From the human T2T-CHM13v2.0 reference genome, Homo sapiens, in assembly GCF_009914755.1 (NCBI RefSeq), contig NC_060937.1: a stretch of DNA of 64,000 nucleotides. One strand, 5' to 3'. Positions within the stretch are counted from its first letter, which is position 1; every line of letters starts with the position of its first letter. Position numbers and translations under genes: made by a program. The notes beneath the pieces were generated by a model. It searched no databases. It worked only from the letters and a program-made list of their open reading frames with translations, and had not been told where the DNA came from. This document shows positions 27,593 through 39,675 of this stretch, piece by piece.

Positions 27593-27686
27593 AATAAATA
27601 AAAAGTATAGAAACCCTATCTGAGGAAATAATTCAAAAAAATAAATAAAAAGTATAGAAACCCTATCTGAGGAAATAATTCAAAAA
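27593..27686. repeat. Perfect 47-bp tandem duplication in L1 ORF1
   Basis: aataaataaaaagtatagaaaccctatctgaggaaataattcaaaaa occurs twice with no mismatch. Confidence 0.95.
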
Positions 27687-28129
27687 AAATTCCTGGGTTT
27701 GGGAGAGATTTGAACATTGAAATATAAGAAGCTCAGTGAACTCCTGGAAAATACTTTGCAAGAAAAACTTCACCAAGGCATATATACATAGGACTATCCA
27801 AAGTCGATGTGAACAAAAAATTATAAGAGCAGAAAGACAGAATTCTCTTTATCACCCAGTGATATCACTAGACAGATCTTCAAGGCTGAAAATCATCAAG
27901 GAAACTCTGGACTTACACTGGACTATAAACCAAATGAACATAATGAACAATGACAAAATGCTTTATCCAACAGCTGAAGAATATACATTCTTCTCACCTT
28001 CACATGGAACATGCTCTGAAATCAACCATATACTTGACCATAAAGCAAGTTTCAATAAATTTAAAAAATTAAATGCATGTCAAGTATATTCTCAGACCAG
28101 AGTGGAATAAAATTAGAAATAAATATTAA

Positions 28130-28448
<319 letters not shown>

Positions 28449-29275
28449 AATAAATATTAAGAGGAACTCACAATACTGCGTAAGTACATGGAATCTAAAC
28501 AACTTGCTCCTGAATGACCTTTTAGAAAACAACAAAATTGAGGCAGAAATCAATATATTTTTCAAAATAAATAAAAATAGAGTCACAACACACCAAAACC
28601 TCAGGGATGCAGCAAACTCAGTGTTAAGAGGTAAGTTTATAGCATTAAATGGCCACACCAAAAGGACACAGGAATCTCAAATTAATCATCTAATGTTGAA
28701 CCTCAAGGAACTGGAAAAACAAATAATCCAAATCCCTTAGAGAAGAACTAAATGTGCCTGAGACAATGGAAGAAGATATAATGGAACTATAAAACAAAAA
28801 TTTGTTTTTCTGAAAGAGTAAATAAAATTTACTGACTGATAGCTAGATTAACCAGAAAAAGATTCAAATAACAACAATCAGAGATAAGAAAGGAGATATT
28901 ACAACTGATACCTCAGGAAAAAAAAAATTGTGAGACTGCCATGACCTCTCCCATACACACAAACTAGGAAAACTAGAGGAAATGAATATATTTCTGGAAT
29001 TACATAACCTCCTATGACTTAACCAGGAAGAAATAGACATCCTAAAAAGACTGATAATGCATAATGAAATTGAATAAGTAATAAATTTTTTTAACAAAAA
29101 AAGCCCAGGAAAGATGAATTCACAGATGTATTTTACCAGACATACAACAAGGAGCTGGTATCAATCTTACCGAAACTATTTCAAAAAATCGAGATGGGAC
29201 TCCCCGCTAACTCATATGAAACCACTATCACCCTGATATCAAAATCAGGCAAGAACACAACAATAAATGAACATA

Positions 29276-29439
29276 TGATATGGTTGGCTCTCTGTCCCCA
29301 CTCGAATCTCATCTTGAACTGTAATCCCCAAGTGTCAAGACAGGAACCTGTAATCCCCATGGGTTGAGGGAGGGAGATGGAAACTTTCCTTTTCAATCTT
29401 AGATATTTCTTTATAGCAGTATGAAAAAGGACTAATACA
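29276..29439 (+). mobile_element. Internally deleted MST/THE1-type LTR (164 bp) in L1 ORF2
   Basis: Both termini are present ('tgatatggttggctc' ... 'ggactaataca'). TSD acata/acaca. Confidence 0.85.
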
Positions 29440-32400
29440 ACACAGATGCAAAAATCCTCAACAAATTACTAGCAAATCCTCTCCAACAGCACATCAAAAA
29501 GATAATTGATCAGGATCAAGTGGATTTTATTCCGTGAATGCAAAGATAGTTGATCACATACAACTTAATAAATGTGATTCACCACCTAATCAGTATTAAG
29601 AACAAAAACCATATAACCATCTCAATAGATGCAGAAATGGCATTAAATAAAGTACAACATCTCTTGATGATAAAAATTCTAAACAAACTAGGCTTCAAAG
29701 GAACATATCTCAAAATAATGAGGCAGCTATGACAAACCCACAGCCAACATCATGCTGAATGGGCAACAGCTGGAAGAATTTCCCTTAAGAACTGGAACAA
29801 CGCAAGGATGCCCATTCTCACCACTCCTATTAAACATAGTACTGGAAGTTTTATCTTGAGTAATCAGGTAAGATAAATAAATAAAAGGCATCCGAATAGG
29901 AAAAGAGGAAGTTTAATTACCTCTGTTCACTTATGACATGATCATAAACCTGGCAAACCCTTAGGATTCCTCTAAAATACTCATAGTCTTGATAGACACA
30001 CCAAGTAAAGTTTCAGAATACAAAATGAAGGTACAAAAATCAGTAGTGTTTCTTCACACCAATGATGTTCAAGCTGAAAACCAAATCAAAACTGTATCCT
30101 TTTTACAATAGCCACAAAAATATCTAGAAATATATTTAACCAAGAAGGTAAAAGATCTCTATGAGGAGAACTGCAATATGAAAGAAATTGTAAATGACAT
30201 AAACAAATGGAAAAACATTCCACGCTCATGACTGGAAGAATCAATATCATTAAAATTACCATACTGCACAAATGAATCTCCATATTCAATTCAATTCCTA
30301 TCAAACTGTCAATGTTATTTATTATAGAAAGAAAAACAATCCTAAAGTTCATATGGAATCAACAAAATCCCCAAATAGCCAAAGACATTTTAGGCAAACA
30401 GAACAAATCTACAGGCATCACGTTGCCTGATTCAAATTATACTACAAGGCTATAATAGCCAAAACAGCATGTCACTGGCATGGAAATAGACACAAAGTTC
30501 AATGGAATAGAGTTAGTAAATGTAAAGCTACATGCATACATACAGCTGATATTTGACAAAGCCAACAAAAGTAAACAAGAAAGTTCACCTTATTCAATAA
30601 ATGGTGCTTAGAAAATTGGCTAGTCATACGCAGAAGAATGAACTGAATCTCTATCTCTTACTCTATACAAAATTAACTCAGGATGAATTAAAAATGTAAA
30701 TGTTGACCTAAAACTATAAAAATTATAAAAGAAAACCTGGAAAAAGACTCTTCTGGACATCGTCCTAAGCAAATAATTTATAATGTAGTGCCCACAAGCA
30801 AATGCAACAAAAACAAAAATAGACAAATGAGACAATTAGATTAAAAATCTTATGCACAGCAAAATAAATTATCAATAGAGTAAACAGCCTACAGAATGGG
30901 AGCAAATATGTGCAAATTAGTCCTCTGACAAAGGGCTAAAATCCAGAATCTACAAGAAACTCGAACAACTCAATAAGACAAAAACAAACAGCCCATTAAA
31001 AACTGGCAAAGGACATGAACAGATATTTCTCAAAAGAAGAAATGCAAGAGGCCAATAAACAAATGAAAAAATACTTGACATCGCTAATCAACCGAGAGAT
31101 TCAAATTAAAACCACAATAAAATAGCACCTTACACCAGTCAAAATGGCTATTATTAAAACATCAAAAAACAAGAGATCTTGGCAAGCATGCAGAAAAAGG
31201 GAATGCTTATACATTTTTTGTCGGAATGTAAGTTAATTCAACCTCTGAGGAAAACACTACGATGATTTCTCAAAGAACTAAACATAGCACTACCTTTTGA
31301 CCCAACAACCCCACTACTATCTACCCAAACGGAAAGAAATAATTATATGAAAAAGACACCTGTACTTGTATGTTCATTGCAGCATTATTCACAATAGCAA
31401 GGTCTTGGAACAAACATAAGTGTCCATCAGCTATTTACTAGATAAAGAAAATGTGGTATAAATGCATTATGGAATACTGCATAGCTATAATAATGAAATC
31501 ATGTCCTTTATAGCAACACGGAAGGACACTAGAAGCCCAATCTCCACCAGTATGCAATATATCCATGTAACAAAAAAAAATCTGAATAAAAAGATCCCTG
31601 AATCTAAAATAAAATAAATTTAAGTAAAATGGTAGCTTAATTACCAGAGCTGTGACTATTACATTACTGGTGCAGACCACTAACTCTAAACTCGTGCCAT
31701 CTGTCTTTTCTTTTAGAAAACCATGACTACCAAAAGCCAATTATTAGATTTTAATTTTCTAAAATAATGAACAGGTCTCTTTGTTATATTGTTAAAGTGA
31801 AAAGCAGTTAATGAACCACTTTATAGTTTAGCAACTTATGTTCCATCAATTGCAAGTCACAACAATAAAAGCATATATAACATTATTCATTATCTCTTCA
31901 TTGTTGATTTGCCTTCAGATACTTAGGATCTATAATATACAGTAGGTTGTACAACAATGAATAGTGGAAAACAAATTTATCCTTATTGCTATTCACTAAC
32001 AGAGGTATATATGGAGATTAGTCAATATTATAAATTTCTAGGAACTATAAATTATCATTTTTAATTTTTAAAGACTTTTTATTTGGGGGTATGAAATAAT
32101 GTTTTAGTGATGCTTAAGTTAGCAAAGGCTATAGAACTTCCATTATTGTTTATCATGCACATAATTTCAATCTATTTCAATCTAATAGCAAGTATTGTCT
32201 ACATTGGGAATCCAAGTTTTACAGCCATTAGAAATCCATCACAGTATTCATTTGTAGTATGAAATAAAACTTGAAATGACTAATATCTTCCACTTGGGAT
32301 AATAAAACATTTTACAAATTAGAGATAAAAAAGAAAAGCAAGATGGAAGAAGAAGACAAGAAGATCTTTTAGAATACCAGTACTAACTGCCTCATATATT

Positions 32401-33369
32401 ACTGATAAATATCCTTATGTGAGAATATTAGCCACTAATTCAATTTTATAAAACTGAACACAAATTCCTGAAATACTTAAATCTATTTCAGTCTTTATGT
32501 TCTAACTTTTGTTTTTTAGTTACACTGATGTTCAAATAACCAAATAGATTTTGAATTAGTTACTTTAAAATATATGTGTTGAAATATTCCATTAATTTTC
32601 TATTCTGTCAATTATTTAAATTCATTTCCCTTTTTCATGAGGAACCATGGGATTAATACTTTTAACCATATTCTTGTACCTTAAGTATTACGGACATTTT
32701 AGATTAATACTTGAGAGATCCACCTGAACCTTTGAGTGTGCTATTTAAAAATACTCTTCTTGAAGCCTCAGGAGTAAATAAATAATTGGGATGCTTAAAT
32801 ATTCACTTTATATTAATAGATATTCCCGGATTGCAAAATCAAATTTTAAACAAGAATCCAGTGTCAGAACTATGATACCTTAAATTCCTTGACATAAGCT
32901 GAGAAATAATCATTGTCTCGAAAAATCATAATATGAATTTGTCAAGTGCTTGCTAGCCCCAAAATTACAAATCCTTTTTAAAATGATAGTTCTTAGAGAT
33001 TTTATAACATGAATTTTTGTTTTAAATTTCTTGTTTCTCTTGCTTGTTGGGCATGTGTTAATGTTGGCTTTTTTATGTTTCAGCTTTAAACCTCTTCTCT
33101 GCCTTCGCAATTCCTTTCTCATCACATGCCAGATTATTATCTCTAATGCCGTAATTAATGGTTTAAGCTCTATTTCCTTTTAAATTTATCTAATGTATTC
33201 TGAGTACTCTATTGAGGCTTGTTTTTTTTTTTTTTTTTTTTTTGGCTTTTTAGATTAAAAATGTAATCTAGAGAACTGGTATGATCAATTCTATTTGGGT
33301 AGACATCAAGCATCAATCATCCAAGGAGATGTAATAGTAATAATAGCAAAAGAGTAATAATAATAATAA

Positions 33370-33535
33370 TTGAATTTTATATAATTTATTCCTTTTTATT
33401 CACAAAAATATGTGAAGTACTACTAACTCTGTTTCGAAAATATGAGAACCAAGTCTTGGAAAGTTTGTCGCTTTTCATAGATCACACATCTAGAAATTGG
33501 CAGGGTTTAGACTTGAATCCAGTCTTTCTGGCTTA
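33370..33535 (-). mobile_element. MIR remnant
   Basis: 'gatcacacatctagaaattggcagggtttagacttgaatccagtctttctggc'. Confidence 0.65.
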
Positions 33536-34627
33536 GTTACAGTTTTCTTCTATAAGATCACAGGTGCCAGCCAAGAAGAGAGTCAAAGGAAAGGAGCCTT
33601 TCAGCAGAATGTACCAGTTTTTTATGTAGACTTCCAAACACCTGTACTTACCACCTGGCAGCCCTCCTATGAATTTTCCTTTTCCCAGAAGCCTATATCA
33701 TTTACTCTTTTTATTTCTCCCTGAATAATGATAATTCTTGTTGATTTTTCCTTTTATTTCCAATATTAACTGAACTAATACTAACCATAGTACTTAATAC
33801 GGACATTAACATTAAATTTTTTATTTAGGGATTATTTCACCATAGATTTTCTTTAAATAGTGAGCTGTTAGTTGTTTTGATACAACACAGCATTTTCTAA
33901 TGTATTTTTTTTATGTAGGATAGTATTTGATTTAGTAAAATTTAAGCTGAGACCTTAAAGATTGTTAGAAATTAGGGAAGTTTCATAGTATATGTAAAGG
34001 TTTTTGAATGAAAATAGATAAATTTGTTTCTCAGAGTGCAGAATGCACTTTGGAAAATATTAGACATTGTTATGCACTTTCTCACCTAGATGCACATTTT
34101 AAAAAAAAGAAAATTGGGAAGATTTTGTTTGCTAGTTTCTTCTTTAATAAAGATACCTTGTCTGTATTATTTAGCTAGGGATAAGGCATAGGTATTTTGA
34201 ATTTTTAAAATGTTCTCCAAATGATAGTAATAGTAACAGGTGTAGACTTGACTGAGAATTGCTATTTGATGGCCACTGTGCTATGTTAAATTTTAACTTT
34301 CCTTCCATCATCATTGTAGACAATGATGTTTTGTTGATTACTGTCCATAACATAAGCGTAGATACTAACTGTATATATCTAAAATAAAGGTTGATTATAA
34401 TCTAAGCAATTTAGTAGGAAAGTATGTCAACTTGAAGTGAAGATGACATGTGTCCCAGCTTACTTGATATAGTTTCAATTAACTGCTATTGTTTTAGTAC
34501 AATAATTAGTAACCACCTATTTTGCTTTATAGTTTACCAGTTTAGAAAATAATTATGTAGCCATGTTACTTAAAACTAACTAGTTTTTCTATTGTATTTA
34601 GAGCTAGCATGGGATGCATTATATTTA

Positions 34628-35008
34628 TTTATTTTTATTAATTTAACTTTTTAAGAAAACTTTTAGATTCACAGCAAAGTTGAGTGGAAAGTACAGAGAG
34701 TTTCCATATAGTCCCTGTTCCTATTCACTTGCAACCTCCCTCACATCCCCACTCTTCACATTCCATACCACAGTGTTAAATCTGTTACAATTGATGAGCC
34801 CACATTAATACATTATTAACACCCAAATTCCATAGTTAACATTAGAAATCATTCTTGGTGTTGTACATTTGTGTCAAAACAAATGTGTTGTTTTGGTGTT
34901 GTAAATTCTATAGGTTTTGAGAAACATATAGTGACATTTATCTACTATTGTAGTATTACACAGAATAGTTTCATCAACCTAAAAATCCTGTTTTGCCCTC
35001 TTGTCCCT
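34628..35008 (-). mobile_element. L1MC-like 3' end
   Basis: 'ttttagattcacagcaaagttgagtggaaagtacagagagtttccatata...gttacaattgatgagcccacatt'. Confidence 0.85.
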
Positions 35009-35770
35009 TGATATGGTTTGGCTGTGCCCCCACCCAAATCTTGTCTTGAATTTTAGTTCCGATAATCCCCATGTGACATGGGAGGGAACTGGTGGGATGT
35101 AACTGAATCATGGGGGCAGTTCACCCACGGTATTCTCATGATAGTGAGTAAGTTCTCACAAGATCTGAAAGTTTTATAAGAGGATTCTCCCCTGACTCAA
35201 CTCTCATTCTTCTTTCTGCCACCATGTGAAGAACTGAAGCAGAACGTATAAAAAAGTAAAACAAGTTTCTTCTGCCTTACCATTGTCCCTTGTTTTGTTC
35301 TCATAATTATTTTTGCAAGTTTTTTAAGTTCCTGTTTTTCCTTTCTGTGTGGCGCAGCAAGGTCACAAGATATGCTTGAGTTACAAAACCTGTTCCTGTT
35401 TAACAAACTGCCTTTGTTCTGCTTCTGTAAGCTTGCTTGCCCATCCTACAGGTTTCACGCCATTAAACTGGCCAGCTCCCTTTTAAATGCATGTATAAAA
35501 GTCAAGCCCTGTCTTTATTTGGAGCGCAGCCTTTGGATGTTAATCTGCTGGGCTGGTGTGCACCTAATAAAATCCTCCTGTCCTACCCATTGGTCTCTCC
35601 TGTCCCTTGATTCCCAAAATAGAACATGTTTGCTTCCTCTTCTGCCATGATTGTAAGTTTCTTGAGGCCTTCCTAGCCCTGTGGAACTGTGAGTCAATTA
35701 AAATTATTTTCTTTATAAATGATCTAGTCTCAGTCAGTTCTTTATAGCAGCATGAGCATGAACTAATACA
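35009..35770 (+). mobile_element. THE1 (ERVL-MaLR) 5' LTR, split by an ERV1 LTR
   Basis: 'tgatatggtttggctgtgcccccacccaaatc' ... 'ctgccatgattgtaagtttc...aactaataca'. Confidence 0.9.
35235..35621 (+). mobile_element. ERV1 solo LTR (MER61-like)
   Basis: Starts with TG, has TATAAAA at 35494 and AATAAA at 35566, and an exact 4-bp TSD gaac (35231-35234 / 35622-35625). The family name is from recall. Confidence 0.75.
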
Positions 35771-36705
35771 GTAAATTGATACAGCAGAGAGTAGGGTGCT
35801 GCTATAAGGATATCCAAAAATGTGGAAGTGACTTTGGAACTGGGTAACAGGCAGAGATTGGAACAGTTTGGAGGGCTCAGAAGAAGATAGAAAAATGCAT
35901 GGAAGTCTGGAACTTCCTAGAGACTTGTTGAATGACTTTAAGCAAAATGCTAATAGTGATATGGACAATGAAGTCTAAGTTGAGGTGGTCTCAGATGGAG
36001 ATGAAGAACTTGTTGGGAACTTACATGAAGGTGATTCTTGCTATGCTTTAGCAAAGAGACTGGTGACATTTTGCACCTGCCCTAAAGATCTGTGAAACTT
36101 TGAACTTGAGAGAGATGACTTAGGGTATCTTGCAGAAGACATTTTTAAGTGACAAAGCATTCAAGAGGAAGCAGAGCATGAAACTGGAAAATTTGCAGCC
36201 TGGCAATACAGTGGAAAAGAAAAAAAATTTTTCTGGAGAGAAATTCAAGCCAGCTGAAGAAATTTACAAAGTAATGAGAAGTCAAATGTTAATCATCAAC
36301 ACAATGGGGAAAATGTCTCCAGGGCATGCCAGAGACCTGTGCAGCAGACTCTCCCATCACAGACCCTGAGGCCTAGGAGGGAAAAATGATTCTCTGGGCC
36401 AGACTCACGCCCCGTCTGCTGTGTGCAGCCTAGGGATGTGGTGTCCTATGTCCCAGTTGCTCCAGCCATGGCTAAAATGAGCCAAGGCACAGCTCAGGCT
36501 GTGTCTTCAGAAGGTGCAACACCAAGCTTTGGCAGCTTCAACATGGTGATGAGCCTGTGGATGCTCAGAGGTCAAGAACTCAGGTTTGGGAAGCTCCACC
36601 TAGATTTCAGAAGATGTACGGAAATGACTGAATGTCCAGGCAGAATTTTGCTATAGGAGAAGAACCTTCATGGAGAACCTATGCTAGGGCAGTGTGGAAG
36701 GAAAC
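35771..36705 (+). mobile_element. THE1 internal region, 3'-truncated
   Basis: 'gtaaattgatac...aatgtggaagtgactttggaactgggtaacaggcagag' is typical MaLR-int. It ends abruptly with no 3' LTR. Confidence 0.9.
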
Positions 36706-36993
36706 ACTGAGCCTCCAGAAATTAATCAATTACAATTCAGGTTTTTCCACTCCAGCCTAGATTCTAGTGGAGGAGGTTTCTTCTCAAGACTTTATCTCTG
36801 GTGAGCTGTAATTCTCTGTTCTGTCTGTCTGGCTCTCTAATGTATGGGACAGCAGTTTGCCTTGTGATCTCACTTCAATGAGGAATCTAAGAAGAGCTAT
36901 TAATTTTTCAGTTTGTTCAGCTTTTAACTTATTGTTAGAATGGAGTAGCAACATCTAAGATTATTGCATGATAAACCAGAAAACAGAAGTCTT
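36706..36993 (-). mobile_element. L1MC-type 5' end
   Basis: 'ggacagcagtttgccttgtgatctcacttc...ctaagaagagctattaatttttcagtttgttcagctttt...aacagaagtc'. Confidence 0.65.
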
Positions 36994-37760
36994 TGTATTA
37001 TATTTAGAACTAGCATTAAGTATAGATCCCAATTGTTCAATAATAATTATCTTTTTTAGATTTCATTTCTATAATGCTCATTTATTAAGAATGTAACAAC
37101 TTTCCAATATTATGTTAGATTGCTGGCCAATATATAGATAAATTAACATTGTTTGTTTATTCTACCTAAAGTTAATTAGTTTTTTGTTGCATATGTTTTG
37201 CCAACATTTGTGATGTTAATTGTTGATCTGTATCCTTCAGTAACAACTATCATGATTTTAAACTTCATTACTTTGAGTAATATTTATTAATAATATAATA
37301 GTGACCAGCATTGTGTGAGGCATATTGGTAAGTATATTACTAAATTTTCATGATCCTTTTCTTTATTTTTTCCAATAGCTTATTTTTCAGTATTTTGCTT
37401 TAGCTTTGTTCAAAGTATAATCTCACTTATATCAGTATTTTATTTAAAGTTAAAAAATATATATACATAATTGTTTTCTATACATTTTCTTACTTGTTTT
37501 CCAAATATATGTATTTCCATTTACATATATTACTATACATATAATTGTTACAAACATATATTTCCTAGGTTTATCATTATCAAATGTTTAATGAAACTGA
37601 AATCAAAACTATTAATCAGGCATTTAAAATTAATATTTAAAAGTCATAATCATCTTAATTATTCTGTCTATATAGTATCTTAAATTATCAAGAATGGTTT
37701 ATATAATCTCGAATTAAAATAATTTTTATGAGCATTAAATCTATGAATTAAAATAAAGAA

Positions 37761-37764
<4 letters not shown>

Positions 37765-37808
<44 letters not shown>
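37765..37808. repeat. (TA)22 microsatellite
   Basis: Read directly; uninterrupted. Confidence 0.95.
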
Positions 37809-37812
<4 letters not shown>

Positions 37813-38071
37813 TTATTACAACTTGACATTAAAAACGAGATTAACCATAGAGGTTTCTTGGTGACTCTTGTAGATTTTATATTTTACAATTTATTAATAT
37901 TCAATGTAAATATACCAGGTTTCAATATTTCACATGTTCTTCAAAAGTCTTTCTTTTCTTTAAAGAGTAGAAACTTGTAAAATCAAATTAGTTAGGTCAT
38001 AACTTTTTTCCTGATTTCATTTCCTCCTACCTTCTCATATTTATTATTTGTATTCTAGAATAAATTCTTCT

Positions 38072-39675
38072 GTTATTTTTATTTTTATTTATTTATTATT
38101 ATATTTCTTTTATTCACTTTTATTTTTATTTTGAATTTTATGGGTACACAGTAGGTATATATATTTATGTACCTCATGAGATATTTTGATACAGGCATGC
38201 AATGTGAAATAAACATATCAGGAAGAATGAAGTATTCATCTGCTCAAGCACTTATCCTTTGAATTACAATACAATTACATTCTTTATGTTATTTTTAAAT
38301 GTACAATTACGTTATTATTGACTGTAGACACCCTATTGTGCTGTGAAATAGTAGCTCTTATTCATTCTTTCTAACTATTCTTTTTTGTACTCCTTAAGCA
38401 TCCTCACTTCCCACCCAGTCCCCCACTACCCTTTCCAGCTGCTGCTTACGATCTTTCTACTCTGTATGTCCAGGAGTTCAATTGTTTTAATTTTTAGATC
38501 CCACAAATAAATAGAAACATGCAATGTTTGTCTTTCTGCACCTGGTTTATTTCACTTAACATAATGATCTCCAGTTCCATCCGTGTTATTGCAAATGACT
38601 GACTCTCACTCTTTATTATTGCTGAATAGTACCACTGTGTATATGTGCCACAAGAGACTGCTTGGTGCTCTATTTATTCCCTGTGATCATGCTGATACCT
38701 AAAACCAGCGAGTCTCAGAGGCTCACCCAAGGCCTTGATGTAGTACTTGGGTGTCTCTGGTGGTTACTCAAAGTCAAGGGCTCTTCAGTAAGCAGGTGAT
38801 AAATGCTGCCAGACTGGGTCCTTTTCTTCAAGGCGGCAGGTTCCCTTTTGGCCCAAGATGTCTAGAAATGCCATTTGTGAGCTAGTGCCTGGAAATGGGG
38901 CCTCATGACCCTGACTGATGCCCTATCCTGCTGTTGCTGAGCTAGTATTCTGAATTCAAGACAAAGTTCTTCCTACTCTTCTCTTTCCTCTCCTGAAGTG
39001 GAATGAAGGGATTCTTTTGGAGCCTCTAGCTGTGCAACCTGGGGTTAAGGGTGAGATGATGCCAGCACTCCCTTAGCTGCCCTCACTGGTGTCTCAGTAT
39101 ATCATGTGTCTCCCATTCCCCAGTGCACTGTCTCTGGGTCTACTTAAGCACTAGGATTTGCCTAAGAGTTGCAGTCCTTATGGCCTAGACTGCCTTTCAC
39201 ATTTAGTTAGAGACAAAGAGCACTGTAACCCTTGGTGGTGAGGTTTGCAGGCAGTAAATTTCAAACCACTGGGATCAGCACCTCCCCTCTGGCTAGGGCT
39301 GGATTAAATTCTCCCTGCATGGGCAGGAGCCAGCTGAGTTTGGTCTGGTTTTCCCTTCTGCTCTAACAAGATAGCACTGAGTTAAATGTCTCACAATTGC
39401 TGTGATCTCACTCCTCCGTACCGAGAGGTGCTCTTTGTACCAGGCTGCCACTGCCAGGTGTGGGGGATGGTTGGCATTGGAGATTCAGGTCATTTTTTTC
39501 TATCTCTTTAGTGTCTTTTTCAGTGATATGAAGTTAAAACCAGGTACTATGAGTGCTCACTTAATTTTTGGTTCTTATAAAGCTGTTTTTTTTTTTAATG
39601 TGTAAATAGCTGTTAACTTGGTGTCCTTGTGGGGGGAACAATTGGTGGAGCCTTCCATCCTGCCTTCTTACTCTA
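38072..39675 (-). mobile_element. L1MA2/3-like element reduced to its 3' end (38072-38652) fused to its 5'UTR (38653-39675)
   Basis: 3'UTR 'tgggtacacagtaggtatatatatttatg...gatacaggcatgcaatgtg'. 5' terminus is the reverse complement of 'agagtaagaaggcaggatggaaggctccacc'. Candidate TSD aataaattcttct (38059-38071) / aataaattattct (39676-39688). Confidence 0.8.

Noticed and set aside
36130-36656. ORFs in the THE1 internal region
   Set aside because: They are fragments of the decayed MaLR internal ORF, interrupted by stops and truncated.
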